A program made the position numbers and the translations under genes. Positions 1 to 9,785 of a DNA stretch of 64,000 nucleotides are shown piece by piece (the first letter of the stretch is position 1; each line of letters opens with the position of its first letter). The stretch is from Candidatus Parcubacteria bacterium. Lineage in GTDB: Bacteria; Patescibacteriota; Minisyncoccia; Phycocordibacterales; UBA918. The notes under the pieces are model-generated. The model saw nothing but the letters and a program-made list of their open reading frames with translations. It was not told where the DNA came from and did not search any database. Location: positions 169,892 through 233,891 of the forward strand of contig JAKFXN010000005.1 of assembly GCA_021731405.1 (NCBI GenBank). Reading direction: 5' to 3'.

Positions 1-627
1 TGCTGTACCAGCAGTGATCTCTGCATATGTTCCGTTTGGCAAAGAAGCTTCATCTTCGCACGCAATCTTAGTGATTGAGATCTTTGCAACTTTTGGAATT
101 CTACAATCATTATCCAAAATCTGCTGACCTGTCATCCCATTAAATTGTTGGTAGATTGTTCCTAGGTTTTGTCCATTTGGAAAATCCTCAGTGACAGGAA
201 TAATGTCGCCACCGTCATCATCGTGACCATTTAGACCATTCTCTGACACTTCATTCTCAGTGAATGGATTGTTGGCGTTAGGATTACTTTGGTTTGAGTG
301 ACAGATATCTACTTTTGTATTATTCTGCCATCCGCGAGCAAACATGAAGAGTTCTTCTCCAGAAGTTTCAGGTACTCCTTCAGTGTCGTCCTCAGTAGAT
401 GTGGTTGCCTCATCCAAATTCTCGTCTCCTTCTTCAGATGATTCTTCATCTTCATCCTCTTCGCTCTCATCTGCTGGAGTTGTCTCCTCAGCAGCTGGTT
501 CGGCTGGCGCTTCCTGCGCAAATGCAACAGAAAGAGGCGCCGAAAAGGCGCTTAATAAAACAGCAAACATTGTGAGCACAGCCCAGACTCGAGCGACGGC
601 ACGATGTTGCAGATAAAATGTATTCAT
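1..627 (-). CDS. Secreted acidic protein, C-terminally truncated by the window edge
   Basis: Minus-strand ORF with ATG at 627..625. N-terminal signal peptide MNTFYLQHRAVARVWAVLTMFAVLLSAFSAPLSVAFA, followed by a long Glu/Asp/Ser-rich low-complexity stretch. The frame stays open to position 1. It is absent from the ORF track because it has no stop inside the window. Confidence 0.45.
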   Translation of the reverse strand, partial: MNTFYLQHRAVARVWAVLTMFAVLLSAFSAPLSVAFAQEAPAEPAAEETTPADESEEDEDEESSEEGDENLDEATTSTEDDTEGVPETSGEELFMFARGWQNNTKVDICHSNQSNPNANNPFTENEVSENGLNGHDDDGGDIIPVTEDFPNGQNLGTIYQQFNGMTGQQILDNDCRIPKVAKISITKIACEDEASLPNGTYAEITAGTA

Positions 628-861
628 ACTATATAAAAGCTAACTAATAGCTACTAAAAAACCTCCAATAACGACACAATCCCACGTGGTTTGTTTGGAG
701 CCGCGTGATACGCACAATAGTACTCTTCTATTTCAGAAATGCAAATCTAGGCCACAGATATATTAAATTGCAAGTTTCTCCAAAACTAACTTTTGGGTTT
801 ATGTGCTGTCTGCTTCATATAAACAGCGTCGTTAGTAGACTACTTGGTTTTGTGTCTGGTC

Positions 862-1725
862 CTAAAAAGTCCGATTTGGGAGTATTTGGGCGCATTTTCT
901 ACTCAAACTCGGGAACTCACCTGTAGCTCGGTGTCTAGCAATGCGTTCTTTCATCATATTTTTCATATCCCTGAGTTCTCTTCTTGAGTATTCATGCTCG
1001 TATACCAACGGAAAAACAGCACAGGCGTGAAAGGTAGGCGGGTTCACGTCTTCAAGGAGGCCAAGTACGCGCACGCGGTTTCCTGTCTCGAGCACAAAAC
1101 GATCCATTTCATGTAGTTCAGAAATATCGGTGGTCCATCTTGTTCCATTTTCATCCTCCACCATAAAAAGTGGTTGCGGGACCCCATCTTCAGCTGAAAG
1201 CAAAACTCCAACCAGACGACCTTCCTGCGGATTTTGCCACAACTTAAGCTCGAGTTTTTCCTGTGATGGGTAATCTTTTGAAAATACTCCCATTTGCTTA
1301 TCCAAAATAAATCCTACTCCAGCCAAGTGCAGGAAGGAACCTCCAGCCAAACTTAAAACTAAACTACTCCCAACAATTTTCCAGAGTGGATAGCGATAGC
1401 CGTTTTTGGTATGACGAAGATTGTACACAGCAAAAATAACCATCACCGCGAAGAGTAGTATCCAAAGGTACGGCAATACATCTACCGCAAAAGCGAAGAA
1501 TGATTCATGGGTAGCTTCATACAGTGAATACTGTTGAAAGGTCACCACAAAGAGCGTGACCGCTACTGAGAGTGCGCCAAACAACACGGTAAGGAGCCAT
1601 AGGGTCCAAACACCGCATTCGCGACTACCAAAAAACAACCGTGAATGCGGACATACTGATTCCTTTTCGATTCTGGTGAGGACTTGAGTTTTCAAATCTA
1701 CCGCTGATTGTCTTTCTGATTCCAT
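862..1725 (-). CDS. Multi-pass membrane protein, putative anti-sigma factor partner of the upstream ECF sigma
   Basis: Starts 4 nt after the stop of the ECF sigma gene on the same strand. Short cytoplasmic N-terminus with Cys/His (CPHSRLFFGSRECG), then several hydrophobic helices and a C-terminal domain. Confidence 0.45.
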   Translation of the reverse strand: MESERQSAVDLKTQVLTRIEKESVCPHSRLFFGSRECGVWTLWLLTVLFGALSVAVTLFVVTFQQYSLYEATHESFFAFAVDVLPYLWILLFAVMVIFAVYNLRHTKNGYRYPLWKIVGSSLVLSLAGGSFLHLAGVGFILDKQMGVFSKDYPSQEKLELKLWQNPQEGRLVGVLLSAEDGVPQPLFMVEDENGTRWTTDISELHEMDRFVLETGNRVRVLGLLEDVNPPTFHACAVFPLVYEHEYSRRELRDMKNMMKERIARHRATGEFPSLSRKCAQILPNRTF

Positions 1726-1729
1726 ATTG

Positions 1730-2311
1730 TTATATACGCGCGATTTTAGAATTTAATGCATTGTACAACTGTTTCTTACCTCGATAAATGAGCGTCCCTA
1801 CCGAGCCACTGGGGATTTTCAAAATATCTGATATTTCCTCGTATTCTTTATGTTCAAAGTAACGAAGAATAAGGACTTCTTTGTATTTCAGCTCAATTTC
1901 TTCTAATGCCTTAGCCAGTTCAGTCGCGTTCACGTTTTTATCAAAGGCAATCTCCGCCGCCTCCTCTTTACTTGAGATAAGACTGAGCACGTCTTCGCCA
2001 TCAGAAATGAGGTGTCCTTCAGGACGCACACTTTGCTTGCGGTACCAAGAAATAGCTTCATTGTGGGCAATACGATAAATCCAAGAAGAGAACGTGAGTG
2101 AGGTATCAAAGCTGTTGAGGTTGCGGTACGCCTTAATAAAAATTTCCTGAAGGACATCAAGCTGGTCATCGTGGTTTCGTACTCCAAGCCGCATGATGTA
2201 CCTTTTAAGCTTTGCTTCGTAGCGTTCAATAATGAGCCCGAAAGAATTTGGCTCTTTAAGTGTCTCTGCCACAATTACTTCATCTGAAAGTTGATTTTCC
2301 ACCTCACTCAT
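1730..2311 (-). CDS. ECF-type RNA polymerase sigma-70 factor
   Basis: Region 2/region 4 signatures of the sigma-70 ECF subfamily (LQEIFIKAYRNL...FSSWIYRIAHNEAISWYRKQ; C-terminal HTH LILRYFEHKEYEEISDILKIPSGSV). Confidence 0.85.
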   Translation of the reverse strand: MSEVENQLSDEVIVAETLKEPNSFGLIIERYEAKLKRYIMRLGVRNHDDQLDVLQEIFIKAYRNLNSFDTSLTFSSWIYRIAHNEAISWYRKQSVRPEGHLISDGEDVLSLISSKEEAAEIAFDKNVNATELAKALEEIELKYKEVLILRYFEHKEYEEISDILKIPSGSVGTLIYRGKKQLYNALNSKIARI

Positions 2312-2380
2312 ACAAGTCTTCCCATTCTACCATCCTTATATGGCTTGAGGGCAACCCTCGGTTCGTAGTACAATCTAACC

Positions 2381-2875
2381 ATGAAAAAATTACATATTGG
2401 CATCTTTGCTGTCCTGACACTCATCCTTATTAGCCCCCTAAATACAGAGGCAGCCAGCACAAGCGCACAAAGTGCTGTTCGTCTTACCGATTCACATGTT
2501 CTTTTTACTATTACCTACGACATTGGCTTCTTAAACCGCGCTACTTACGCACCAGTCCTCGCCAACACAGGACAAGTTGAAAATGAAGTGTCTTATAGCA
2601 TTACCGCCGCCAACGGCAACAAAATGTATGTTCCTTCAGCTGGGTTTATCACCGCTACACACGCAGTGATTGAGAACAACTACTACAAGCTCGAATACGG
2701 CAAAAAATCAGACTTTACCTTAGCGGTGATTGCTCAGATTCCTAAATCAGAAACAGATTACACACTCACAATCACCAAAATGCCATTTATCTTGATAGAT
2801 AAGGATAAAAGTACCAGACTCAGTGAATACACCCCTACCCAGCTCGCCGACTACAAAACACCTGGGGTCAAATAA
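2381..2875 (+). CDS. Secreted hypothetical protein
   Basis: N-terminal signal peptide MKKLHIGIFAVLTLILISPLNTEAAS. No recognisable domain. Confidence 0.5.
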   Translation: MKKLHIGIFAVLTLILISPLNTEAASTSAQSAVRLTDSHVLFTITYDIGFLNRATYAPVLANTGQVENEVSYSITAANGNKMYVPSAGFITATHAVIENNYYKLEYGKKSDFTLAVIAQIPKSETDYTLTITKMPFILIDKDKSTRLSEYTPTQLADYKTPGVK

Positions 2876-2937
2876 GGATTAGGGACCAGACAAAAAAGAC
2901 TATTGAAAAATAGTCTTTTTTGTGCTATAATCTTTTT

Positions 2938-3660
2938 ATGTCCGAATTCCCGATGCGAATCAACAAATATCTCGCTGAACAAAAAATAGCTTCCCGCCGG
3001 GAAGCTGATGTGCTTATAGAGCGCAAACAAGTGCTCATTAACGGCAATGTGGCGGTTCTTGGTCAACAGGTGAACGAAGGAGACAAGGTCACCATTGCTG
3101 GTGCGACCAAAAAGTATGTCTATCTCGCCTACTACAAAGGTCGCGGTATTATCACTCACTCGCCAAGCGAAGGTGAAATTGATATTGCTACCCGCCTCAA
3201 GAAAGATTACAGCATTACCAATGTCGCTCCACTTGGTCGCCTCGACAAAGACTCTGAGGGTCTGATTATTCTTAGTAACGATGGACGCATCACTGGACCA
3301 GTCTTGGATCCTGAGCTCAATCATGAAAAAGAGTATGAAGTGACGGTGGACAAGCCAATTAGTGGCATGTTTACCAAAATGATGGCGCTCGGTGTAGATA
3401 TCGAAGGCTACCACACCAAGCCAGCAATTATTAAAACCAGTCCTCGCAACGACAAGAAGTTTAACCTCACTATCACTGAGGGAAAAAAGCACCAGATTCG
3501 ACGCATGTGTGCTGCTCTTGGTTATCAGATTCAATCTCTCAAGCGTATTCGTGTCATGAATATTGAACTCGGTACTCTCAAACCAAATCAGTATCGCAAG
3601 ATTGCTGGCGATGAACTCAAAACGCTCATGAAAGAGCTTGATGTAAAAAGTCCAAAGTAA
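2938..3660 (+). CDS. Pseudouridine synthase, RsuA/RluB family (S4 domain + catalytic domain)
   Basis: S4-like N-terminus (RINKYLAEQKIASRREADVLI). Catalytic Asp motif PLGRLDKDSEGLIILSNDG and C-terminal KKHQIRRM. The likely start is the MSEFPM Met, downstream of the track start. Confidence 0.8.
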   Translation: MSEFPMRINKYLAEQKIASRREADVLIERKQVLINGNVAVLGQQVNEGDKVTIAGATKKYVYLAYYKGRGIITHSPSEGEIDIATRLKKDYSITNVAPLGRLDKDSEGLIILSNDGRITGPVLDPELNHEKEYEVTVDKPISGMFTKMMALGVDIEGYHTKPAIIKTSPRNDKKFNLTITEGKKHQIRRMCAALGYQIQSLKRIRVMNIELGTLKPNQYRKIAGDELKTLMKELDVKSPK

Positions 3661-3677
3661 GGCACCGTTTAAATAAT

Positions 3678-3706
3678 AAAGCCGCGTCCCAAAAGGACGC
3701 GGCTTT
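3678..3706. terminator. Bidirectional rho-independent terminator between convergent rsuA-like and typA
   Basis: Hairpin aaagccgcgtcc-caaaa-ggacgcggcttt flanked by A-run and T-run. Confidence 0.6.
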
Positions 3707-3724
3707 ATTATTTCGTATTTCAAA

Positions 3725-5512
3725 TTAACTTCCCTTCTTTCGGTCACCTTCCTTCAACTTTGATTTTCGGAGACGAACATTGTGTGGAGTGATTTCGAGG
3801 TACTCGTCTTCAGTCATGATTTCCAGACCAGTTTCAATAGTTACCACTCTTGGATTCACAAGTACTACAGCCTCATCGGTACCTGAAGCACGCATGTTAG
3901 TGAGCTGCTTACCCTTAGTTGGGTTTACCGTCATTTCCTCACCCTTACTGGTGTTACCAATTACCATACCTTCGTACACTTCAGTACCAGCGCCGATATA
4001 GAGCTGTCCGCGGTCTTGAAGACTGAACAGTGCAAAGGCAAGTGCCTTGCCTTGAACCATCGAAATCATAGAGCCTACCTGGCGCTTCTTGATTTCTCCT
4101 GCGTAATCCTTAAACCCAAGTACACGAGAAGCCAAGATACCTTCACCCTTAGTGTCTACGATAAATTGGTTTTTGTAGCCAAGAATACCTCGAGTTGGTC
4201 CTTCAAACATAAGTCGCACTTGGTTTTCATGTACTACCATGTTGGTCATGATAAAGGCACGGTTACCAAGACGTTCAATTACTGCACCTTGGAATTCTGA
4301 AGGCACGTCGATAGTTACTTCTTCAAACGGCTCAGACTTTACCCCTTCAATTTCCTTCACAATAACTTGTGGTTGAGACACTGAAAGTTCGTAGCCTTCA
4401 CGACGCATGTTTTCGAGCAAAATAGCAATGTGCATTTCTCCCCGACCACGTACTTCAAAAGAATCTCCTTGTGAGAAGTCTACCTGCAGTCCTACGTTGA
4501 TTTCAAGCTCTCGTTCGAGACGTTCACGAATTTGGCGTGAAGTTACATACTTACCTTCTCGTCCCGCAAACGGTGAAGAGTTCGGCATAAACTGGAGAGC
4601 AATCGTTGGTTCGTCTACCTTAATCGAAGGTAACGCTACCGCCGTTTCTGAATCAGTAAGGGTATCTCCAATATTAATGTCAGAGAAACCAGCAATCATC
4701 ACAATATCACCCGCAAACGCTTCTGGGGTTTCAAGTTTTGAAATACCCTTAAAGGTTGAGAGCTTTACAATCTTTCCTTTCTTTATCTCACTCTCTCCTT
4801 CGTGCATAACACAGAGTTGCTGATTTGATTTCATTGAACCTTCATAGATACGAGCTACTGCAAGACGTCCAAGGAAGTTGTCGTACCCGAGGTTAAATAC
4901 CTGTGCTCGAAGTCCTTCACCTGCTACATACGGACGAGCTGGTGGAACTTTTTCCAAAATTACATCAAGAAGCGGTGAGAGGTCAACGAGTTCATCACTC
5001 ATCTTTCGCTTGGCAGTACCGTCGCGTCCTACTGCATATACCACAGTGAAGTCTGACTGTTCATCATTAGCACCTAACTCCAAGAAGAGTTCGAGTACTT
5101 GTTCTTCAGTACGAGAAGGGTCAGCTGCTGGCTTATCAATTTTGTTGATAACCACAATTGGCTTAAGGCCAAGTTCAAGAGACTTCTTGAGTACGAAGCG
5201 AGTTTGCGGCATTGGACCTTCTTGGGCATCTACCACAAGAAGTACAGAGTCGATGGAGCGTAGTACACGCTCTACTTCAGAACCGAAGTCCGCGTGACCA
5301 GGAGTGTCCACAATATTGATTTTTGTACCCTTGTACTCAACTGAAGTGTTCTTAGCATAAATAGTAATACCACGCTCAAGTTCAAGCGCGTTACTATCCA
5401 TTGAAGCACCCTTTTCACGGGCACCTGTTTGCTCCATAAGAGCATCAGTGAGCGTGGTCTTGCCATGGTCCACGTGGGCAATAATGGCAATATTGCGAAT
5501 TTCCTTTGACAT
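3725..5512 (-). CDS. typA: Translational GTPase TypA/BipA
   Basis: N-terminus MSKEIRNIAIIAHVDHGKTTLTDAL with G-domain motifs. Length 595 aa with EF-G-like domains. Confidence 0.9.
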   Translation of the reverse strand: MSKEIRNIAIIAHVDHGKTTLTDALMEQTGAREKGASMDSNALELERGITIYAKNTSVEYKGTKINIVDTPGHADFGSEVERVLRSIDSVLLVVDAQEGPMPQTRFVLKKSLELGLKPIVVINKIDKPAADPSRTEEQVLELFLELGANDEQSDFTVVYAVGRDGTAKRKMSDELVDLSPLLDVILEKVPPARPYVAGEGLRAQVFNLGYDNFLGRLAVARIYEGSMKSNQQLCVMHEGESEIKKGKIVKLSTFKGISKLETPEAFAGDIVMIAGFSDINIGDTLTDSETAVALPSIKVDEPTIALQFMPNSSPFAGREGKYVTSRQIRERLERELEINVGLQVDFSQGDSFEVRGRGEMHIAILLENMRREGYELSVSQPQVIVKEIEGVKSEPFEEVTIDVPSEFQGAVIERLGNRAFIMTNMVVHENQVRLMFEGPTRGILGYKNQFIVDTKGEGILASRVLGFKDYAGEIKKRQVGSMISMVQGKALAFALFSLQDRGQLYIGAGTEVYEGMVIGNTSKGEEMTVNPTKGKQLTNMRASGTDEAVVLVNPRVVTIETGLEIMTEDEYLEITPHNVRLRKSKLKEGDRKKGS

Positions 5513-5627
5513 ATGAATAAGCTTAAAAATAAATAATGTACCTCGCTTCGTATAAACGAGAAGAGCGCACTCAAATAATGGGCGCGCCCAGAAACGTTGA
5601 TAGAATACCTATAAAACGCCCTTTTGT

Positions 5628-5879
5628 CTAGTGTTTAATGAGTAGCTGCTTTTCAATACGAGACAACTTCTTTATCACTGCTTCACGCTTTAAAGCTGCT
5701 CCTCTACCGCTCTGTGCCTCAAAATACGAAAGAACTACCGGTCTTCTGGCTTTAGTGTATTTAGCGCCTGTTTTTGCTTCGTTATGGGCCAAAACGCGCT
5801 TTTCTACGTCATTAGTGACGCCAGTATAGAGAGTTCCGTCAGCGCAGGTAAGGATGTAGACGTACCAAGAATCACTCAT
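5628..5879 (-). CDS. GIY-YIG nuclease family protein (UPF0213/YhbQ-like)
   Basis: [29 protein letters not shown] motif. 83 aa. Confidence 0.75.
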   Translation of the reverse strand: MSDSWYVYILTCADGTLYTGVTNDVEKRVLAHNEAKTGAKYTKARRPVVLSYFEAQSGRGAALKREAVIKKLSRIEKQLLIKH

Positions 5880-5954
5880 AGTTACAAATTACCAAGGAAA
5901 GCTTGATTCATGTACCAGGCAAAGACCGACGCCGCGATGATAATAACAATCAGT

Positions 5955-6623
5955 TTAAGCATATTTTCTAGCCCCGAGCTGCCCTCGCTTGCTCCAGGTC
6001 ATAAAGATAAGTCCAAGCAGGAGTAAGATACCGAGCGGATAATACACATAAGAAGATAAGAGTAGTGAAAAGATAGACGCACCAAAAAACTTCTGGACCA
6101 AGCGCACATCGGCCAAGGTACTGAAGTAGCCAGGATTTGCATTTGTCTCTCCGATACGGAGCATGTACTTGCCGTAGTTCTCCGAAGTACTTACTTCAAC
6201 ACGGTAGATACCCGGCGAAATAGTTGCTTCAAAGGTCTGACTGGAGACAAAATCGAGTCCTAATCCATTATCAGTCACTTCAGTCCAAGTAATGTCTTTT
6301 GCTGCCAAGCGGCCGACTTCAACCACGCCGGCGTTTTGGTTATTTTGCTTAACCGCAATTAATGAAAATGGAATAGGCTCACCTTCTTCAAGCTGAAAGA
6401 GTGTGAGACGAAGTGGCGTCTCTGCACCAATACTAAACTCATACATATGAGGATCGCCCTTAAGCTCACCGAGATACTCTGCCTCAATCGCAATATCACT
6501 ATTGGCCATATACACCTCATACGGAAGTGGTGGAACATTGATGCTTGGATTATAGGCCTCAATCGCAGACGTGTTTTGAGTAAAAAACACGAGAGTGACA
6601 TACAAGAAAAAAGCGAAACGCAT
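5955..6623 (-). CDS. Exported hypothetical protein with C-terminal membrane anchor
   Basis: Signal peptide MRFAFFLYVTLVFFTQNTSA and a hydrophobic C-terminal segment. Confidence 0.45.
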   Translation of the reverse strand: MRFAFFLYVTLVFFTQNTSAIEAYNPSINVPPLPYEVYMANSDIAIEAEYLGELKGDPHMYEFSIGAETPLRLTLFQLEEGEPIPFSLIAVKQNNQNAGVVEVGRLAAKDITWTEVTDNGLGLDFVSSQTFEATISPGIYRVEVSTSENYGKYMLRIGETNANPGYFSTLADVRLVQKFFGASIFSLLLSSYVYYPLGILLLLGLIFMTWSKRGQLGARKYA

Positions 6624-6640
6624 TCCCTATCATAACAAAT

Positions 6641-6670
6641 AAGCAGCGCGTCCTAAAGGACGCGCTGCTT
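6641..6670 (-). terminator. Rho-independent terminator downstream of 6685..7332
   Basis: Hairpin aagcagcgcgtcc-taaa-ggacgcgctgctt, followed by a T-rich tract on the minus strand. Confidence 0.55.
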
Positions 6671-6684
6671 ATTACTTCTAGGTA

Positions 6685-7332
6685 TTATTCAGTCCTCCAT
6701 GTTCGCTTGGTAATCATCTTTTCAATTCGTTCTTCACTCACACCAGCTTCTATGAGAATAGCCTTCATAGTCTCTTGGTCATTGGCTTGCCGCGCGACCA
6801 AAAGTGCGTCTCGTTGTTCAGTGGTGAGCTCAGGTAGGTGAAGCATCTTGTGGTGCCTCCCCATTCCTTTTCCTGGCATTCCTAAGTCGGCAAATATTTC
6901 TTTTGCCTCACTTATTTTTCCCTCAGCTTTGAGATCGTGCGCCTTCTTGAAATCTGCGAAGTCAGCTTCCGTGGTAATAATATCCGCCAGTGGTGTACCG
7001 ACTATCGCTTCTTTAAAAGCGTCGTAGTCATTAGCGAGCACTGCTTCATGGATAGCTTGATGTGAAGCATGGGTAGCGGTACGGAGTGACGCAAGTGTAT
7101 CCTCAGTCACTCCCGCCTCAAGAAGTACATCACGAGCTTTTTCTACCTCCCCCTTACGACGTAAATCACGAGCCTGCGTGAAGGCTTGCACTTGCTCTGT
7201 CGATAATCCTAATTGACTAAAATTCTTTGTCCCAACGTATGCCTGAGCACCGGTTGCAGTAACTGCAAACGCAGCAATGGCAATAAGTAGTGATTTAGAT
7301 TGCATAACAAAATTCCAAATTAACAGTAACAA
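6685..7332 (-). CDS. Secreted alpha-helical repeat protein (hypothetical)
   Basis: Signal peptide (MQSKSLLIAIAAFAVTATGAQA). About three internal repeats of a roughly 40-aa unit (…QARDLRRKGEVEKARDVLLEAGV… / …KKAHDLKAEGKISEAKEIFADLG… / …LLVARQANDQETMKAILIEAGV…). Confidence 0.5.
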   Translation of the reverse strand: MLLLIWNFVMQSKSLLIAIAAFAVTATGAQAYVGTKNFSQLGLSTEQVQAFTQARDLRRKGEVEKARDVLLEAGVTEDTLASLRTATHASHQAIHEAVLANDYDAFKEAIVGTPLADIITTEADFADFKKAHDLKAEGKISEAKEIFADLGMPGKGMGRHHKMLHLPELTTEQRDALLVARQANDQETMKAILIEAGVSEERIEKMITKRTWRTE

Positions 7333-7385
7333 TATGTGAGCATATGTCTCACACTCTTAGTTACGTTACAAACTTAAAATTTATT

Positions 7386-7901
7386 TCAAAGTTCTACAGT
7401 TGCAAGATGATTCCAGAGTTTGGCAAGAGCTTTCCAAATTGCACCTTCATAATCAAGGGCCGTTCTACACGTATCAAAAGAATATTCAGTTCCCTCTTTT
7501 GTTACTTCAAAGCGATAATTTGTCCCCTCCTCTCCGTACTGACAAGGCCTTGCAATTAGGTCGCTTTCTACAAGCATCGCTTCTGGTGTAAGTGCATTTA
7601 CCAACTCTCGCCTCAGCGCACGTGGAATCACCCCTTCTTTTACCACGGTACTTCCATCAGCAGCATCATAAAGCCCTCGATACGAACCATTTTCTAGTAG
7701 TTGAAAAGAGAGACAGGTATTATCAAGCTCGCAAGCACCATACCCCTCACCAGTAAGGACAAACTCTGTGTAGATATCGCCAGTACTCACTTCTGGAAGT
7801 ACAAACGTAGTAGCAAAACCCGCGACATATAGGTACACGCCCGCAAATAAGCCAACGGTAAAAGTAATGAGGATGCTCAGTCTATCTTGTCTGGTCAGCA
7901 T
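7386..7901 (-). CDS. Membrane-anchored hypothetical protein
   Basis: N-terminal TM helix LSILITFTVGLFAGVYLYVAGF. No known domain recognised. Confidence 0.4.
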   Translation of the reverse strand: MLTRQDRLSILITFTVGLFAGVYLYVAGFATTFVLPEVSTGDIYTEFVLTGEGYGACELDNTCLSFQLLENGSYRGLYDAADGSTVVKEGVIPRALRRELVNALTPEAMLVESDLIARPCQYGEEGTNYRFEVTKEGTEYSFDTCRTALDYEGAIWKALAKLWNHLATVEL

Positions 7902-7987
7902 ATGCGTAAGTATACTATGAGTCGCTTATTTTAATAAAACAAAAGCCCTGTATCTGACGATACAGGGCTCAGAGGACTCACTTCCAA

Positions 7988-8476
7988 TCAACCTGAGTGG
8001 AGGATTCGACGACGAGACTGCATGGCTTCGATATATCGATCGGGGTCATCACTGACCCTTGAGACACGACCCTGCTGCCCATCTGTGCCGATAGACCATA
8101 CCCCCGAGCGTGAACCTTTTAGGGGTGCGCAATCTGGCCGCATGCAGCCCACATACCGCTTCGGGTGTGTACTGAATATTTCAGCTGCTGCGTAGATATC
8201 GCCGCCAACCGAAGAAAAAATACACACAGGGTCACCAACAAAAATTGACCTCCCACAGCGCGCGCACTGGCACGACATCTTGGTAATGCAGTCGCCACAG
8301 TAGATTGGAATGCCGTCTTCAGCGGTTGGCAATCTTGTGATTGCCACATCGCCAAAAGCGGAGATGGTGGCATACTGCGTGGCTGGATGTTCACAAACAA
8401 GCGCCACGAGTGGTCTACGGTCTTGACCAAACGACATCGCCTGAATCGCTTTTTGAACCAATTTTTTGAGAATCAT
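7988..8476 (-). CDS. Cys-rich hypothetical protein (putative metal-binding)
   Basis: Several CxxC-like clusters (CGDCITKMSCQCARCG; CMRPDC). Likely start at the MILKK Met. Confidence 0.35.
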   Translation of the reverse strand: MILKKLVQKAIQAMSFGQDRRPLVALVCEHPATQYATISAFGDVAITRLPTAEDGIPIYCGDCITKMSCQCARCGRSIFVGDPVCIFSSVGGDIYAAAEIFSTHPKRYVGCMRPDCAPLKGSRSGVWSIGTDGQQGRVSRVSDDPDRYIEAMQSRRRILHSG

Positions 8477-8570
8477 GACACCCTCTTTCGAATATAGTTG
8501 AAATAACAATATCGACACAGTGTGTCGATAGACCTTCATCTTTTATACTCGCATGACAAGACAGTGTCAA

Positions 8571-9770
8571 TTATGAGACAGCTTTTGGAACGCGAACATA
8601 CTTCAAATACACAAAACTTCCAAGCACCAAGCTTACCCAGAACAACAACATAAATAACAAGAAGGTAGTAGTGAGACCAAAAGCCACAATCAAAAATCCA
8701 GCAATAAATGGTGAGAGAACTGACAGTATCTGATCTGATGCTGCATCAAGACCCATTATTTCGCCCCGAATTTCTGACTCTACATTTTCTGTCAGGAGCA
8801 CCGCTTGCGCCGGACCGTTTAAGACTTCTCCAATCGTATAGATAGCGGCAAAAATCCAGAAGCCAGTAACACTACCTGAAAGCGCTAGTCCGAGTCCCGA
8901 AATACCTAAGATAGCTAGCTGCAGGAGCACAATTTTATACGGACCAAATCTATCCACAAGTTTGCCAGCAAATGGCAGGAGTACAAACGCGACCGCTCCC
9001 ATCGTCGCAAAGATAGCGCCGATAAGTAAATCATTTCGAGCAATTTCAAAGATAACGAGCGGCCATAAGAAAACTTTAATCCCCCAGTTAATTCCGAAAC
9101 TGGTATTTACACAAAGATAAAAGATAAGTGCGGGCTTTGAAACAATATACCGAAGGGTTTGGATGAAAGACTTCTTACTGTTTTTCTTTTCAGCGTGTTC
9201 CGCTGCGCTTAATTCTTTATCTTTAGGTAGTAGAAGAAGAGTAAGGATGAAGAGGAGAAAATATACTAACGCAACGAGATAAAATGCTGAGCCAAATCCA
9301 TACGCGGCCGCAACATATCCACCAAGAAGTGCTCCAGCACTTCCAAATATTGATTGCGCAGAATATACATATCCAAAGTACTTTCCTTTATTTGAAAAGG
9401 GCTCTAAAAAATCTTGCAGGTACGCAGCCATCACCGGACCAGTTGCTATCGCCGCAATCGCCCACGTAAACTTAACGCCATAGATCATAAAGACGTTAAG
9501 TACCATTGAGTACAAAAGTGCGTACACGACCCCAAACAACATCCCCATCAGCATGACTCGCTTCCGACCATACGAATCAGATAGGCGGCCAATCCAATAG
9601 GACAAAAGCGCAAAGAAGATACTTCCTACCCCAAAGACCGAGCCAATCAACACCGGATTTTCAGTAAAGCTCTGTATGTACCGCGCTTCAATCGGAGCAA
9701 TAATAGAACCAACAAAGACCCCGAGTGAGGAGATGGTACCTATTGCTAGTAATGTTTTTAGATTCGGCAT
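8571..9770 (-). CDS. MFS transporter
   Basis: About 12 predicted TM helices. MFS-like motif GRLSDSYGRKRVM in loop 2-3. Confidence 0.75.
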   Translation of the reverse strand: MPNLKTLLAIGTISSLGVFVGSIIAPIEARYIQSFTENPVLIGSVFGVGSIFFALLSYWIGRLSDSYGRKRVMLMGMLFGVVYALLYSMVLNVFMIYGVKFTWAIAAIATGPVMAAYLQDFLEPFSNKGKYFGYVYSAQSIFGSAGALLGGYVAAAYGFGSAFYLVALVYFLLFILTLLLLPKDKELSAAEHAEKKNSKKSFIQTLRYIVSKPALIFYLCVNTSFGINWGIKVFLWPLVIFEIARNDLLIGAIFATMGAVAFVLLPFAGKLVDRFGPYKIVLLQLAILGISGLGLALSGSVTGFWIFAAIYTIGEVLNGPAQAVLLTENVESEIRGEIMGLDAASDQILSVLSPFIAGFLIVAFGLTTTFLLFMLLFWVSLVLGSFVYLKYVRVPKAVS

Positions 9771-9785
9771 GGCTCCAACTGATAG

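Noticed and set aside
344-616. Ser-rich 90-aa + ORF
   Set aside because: Antisense shadow of the minus-strand acidic low-complexity CDS (1..627). The Ser run is the complement of the Glu/Asp codon repeats.
3780-5297. Several + strand ORFs (73-139 aa)
   Set aside because: They lie entirely inside the well-supported typA gene on the opposite strand and have no homology features.
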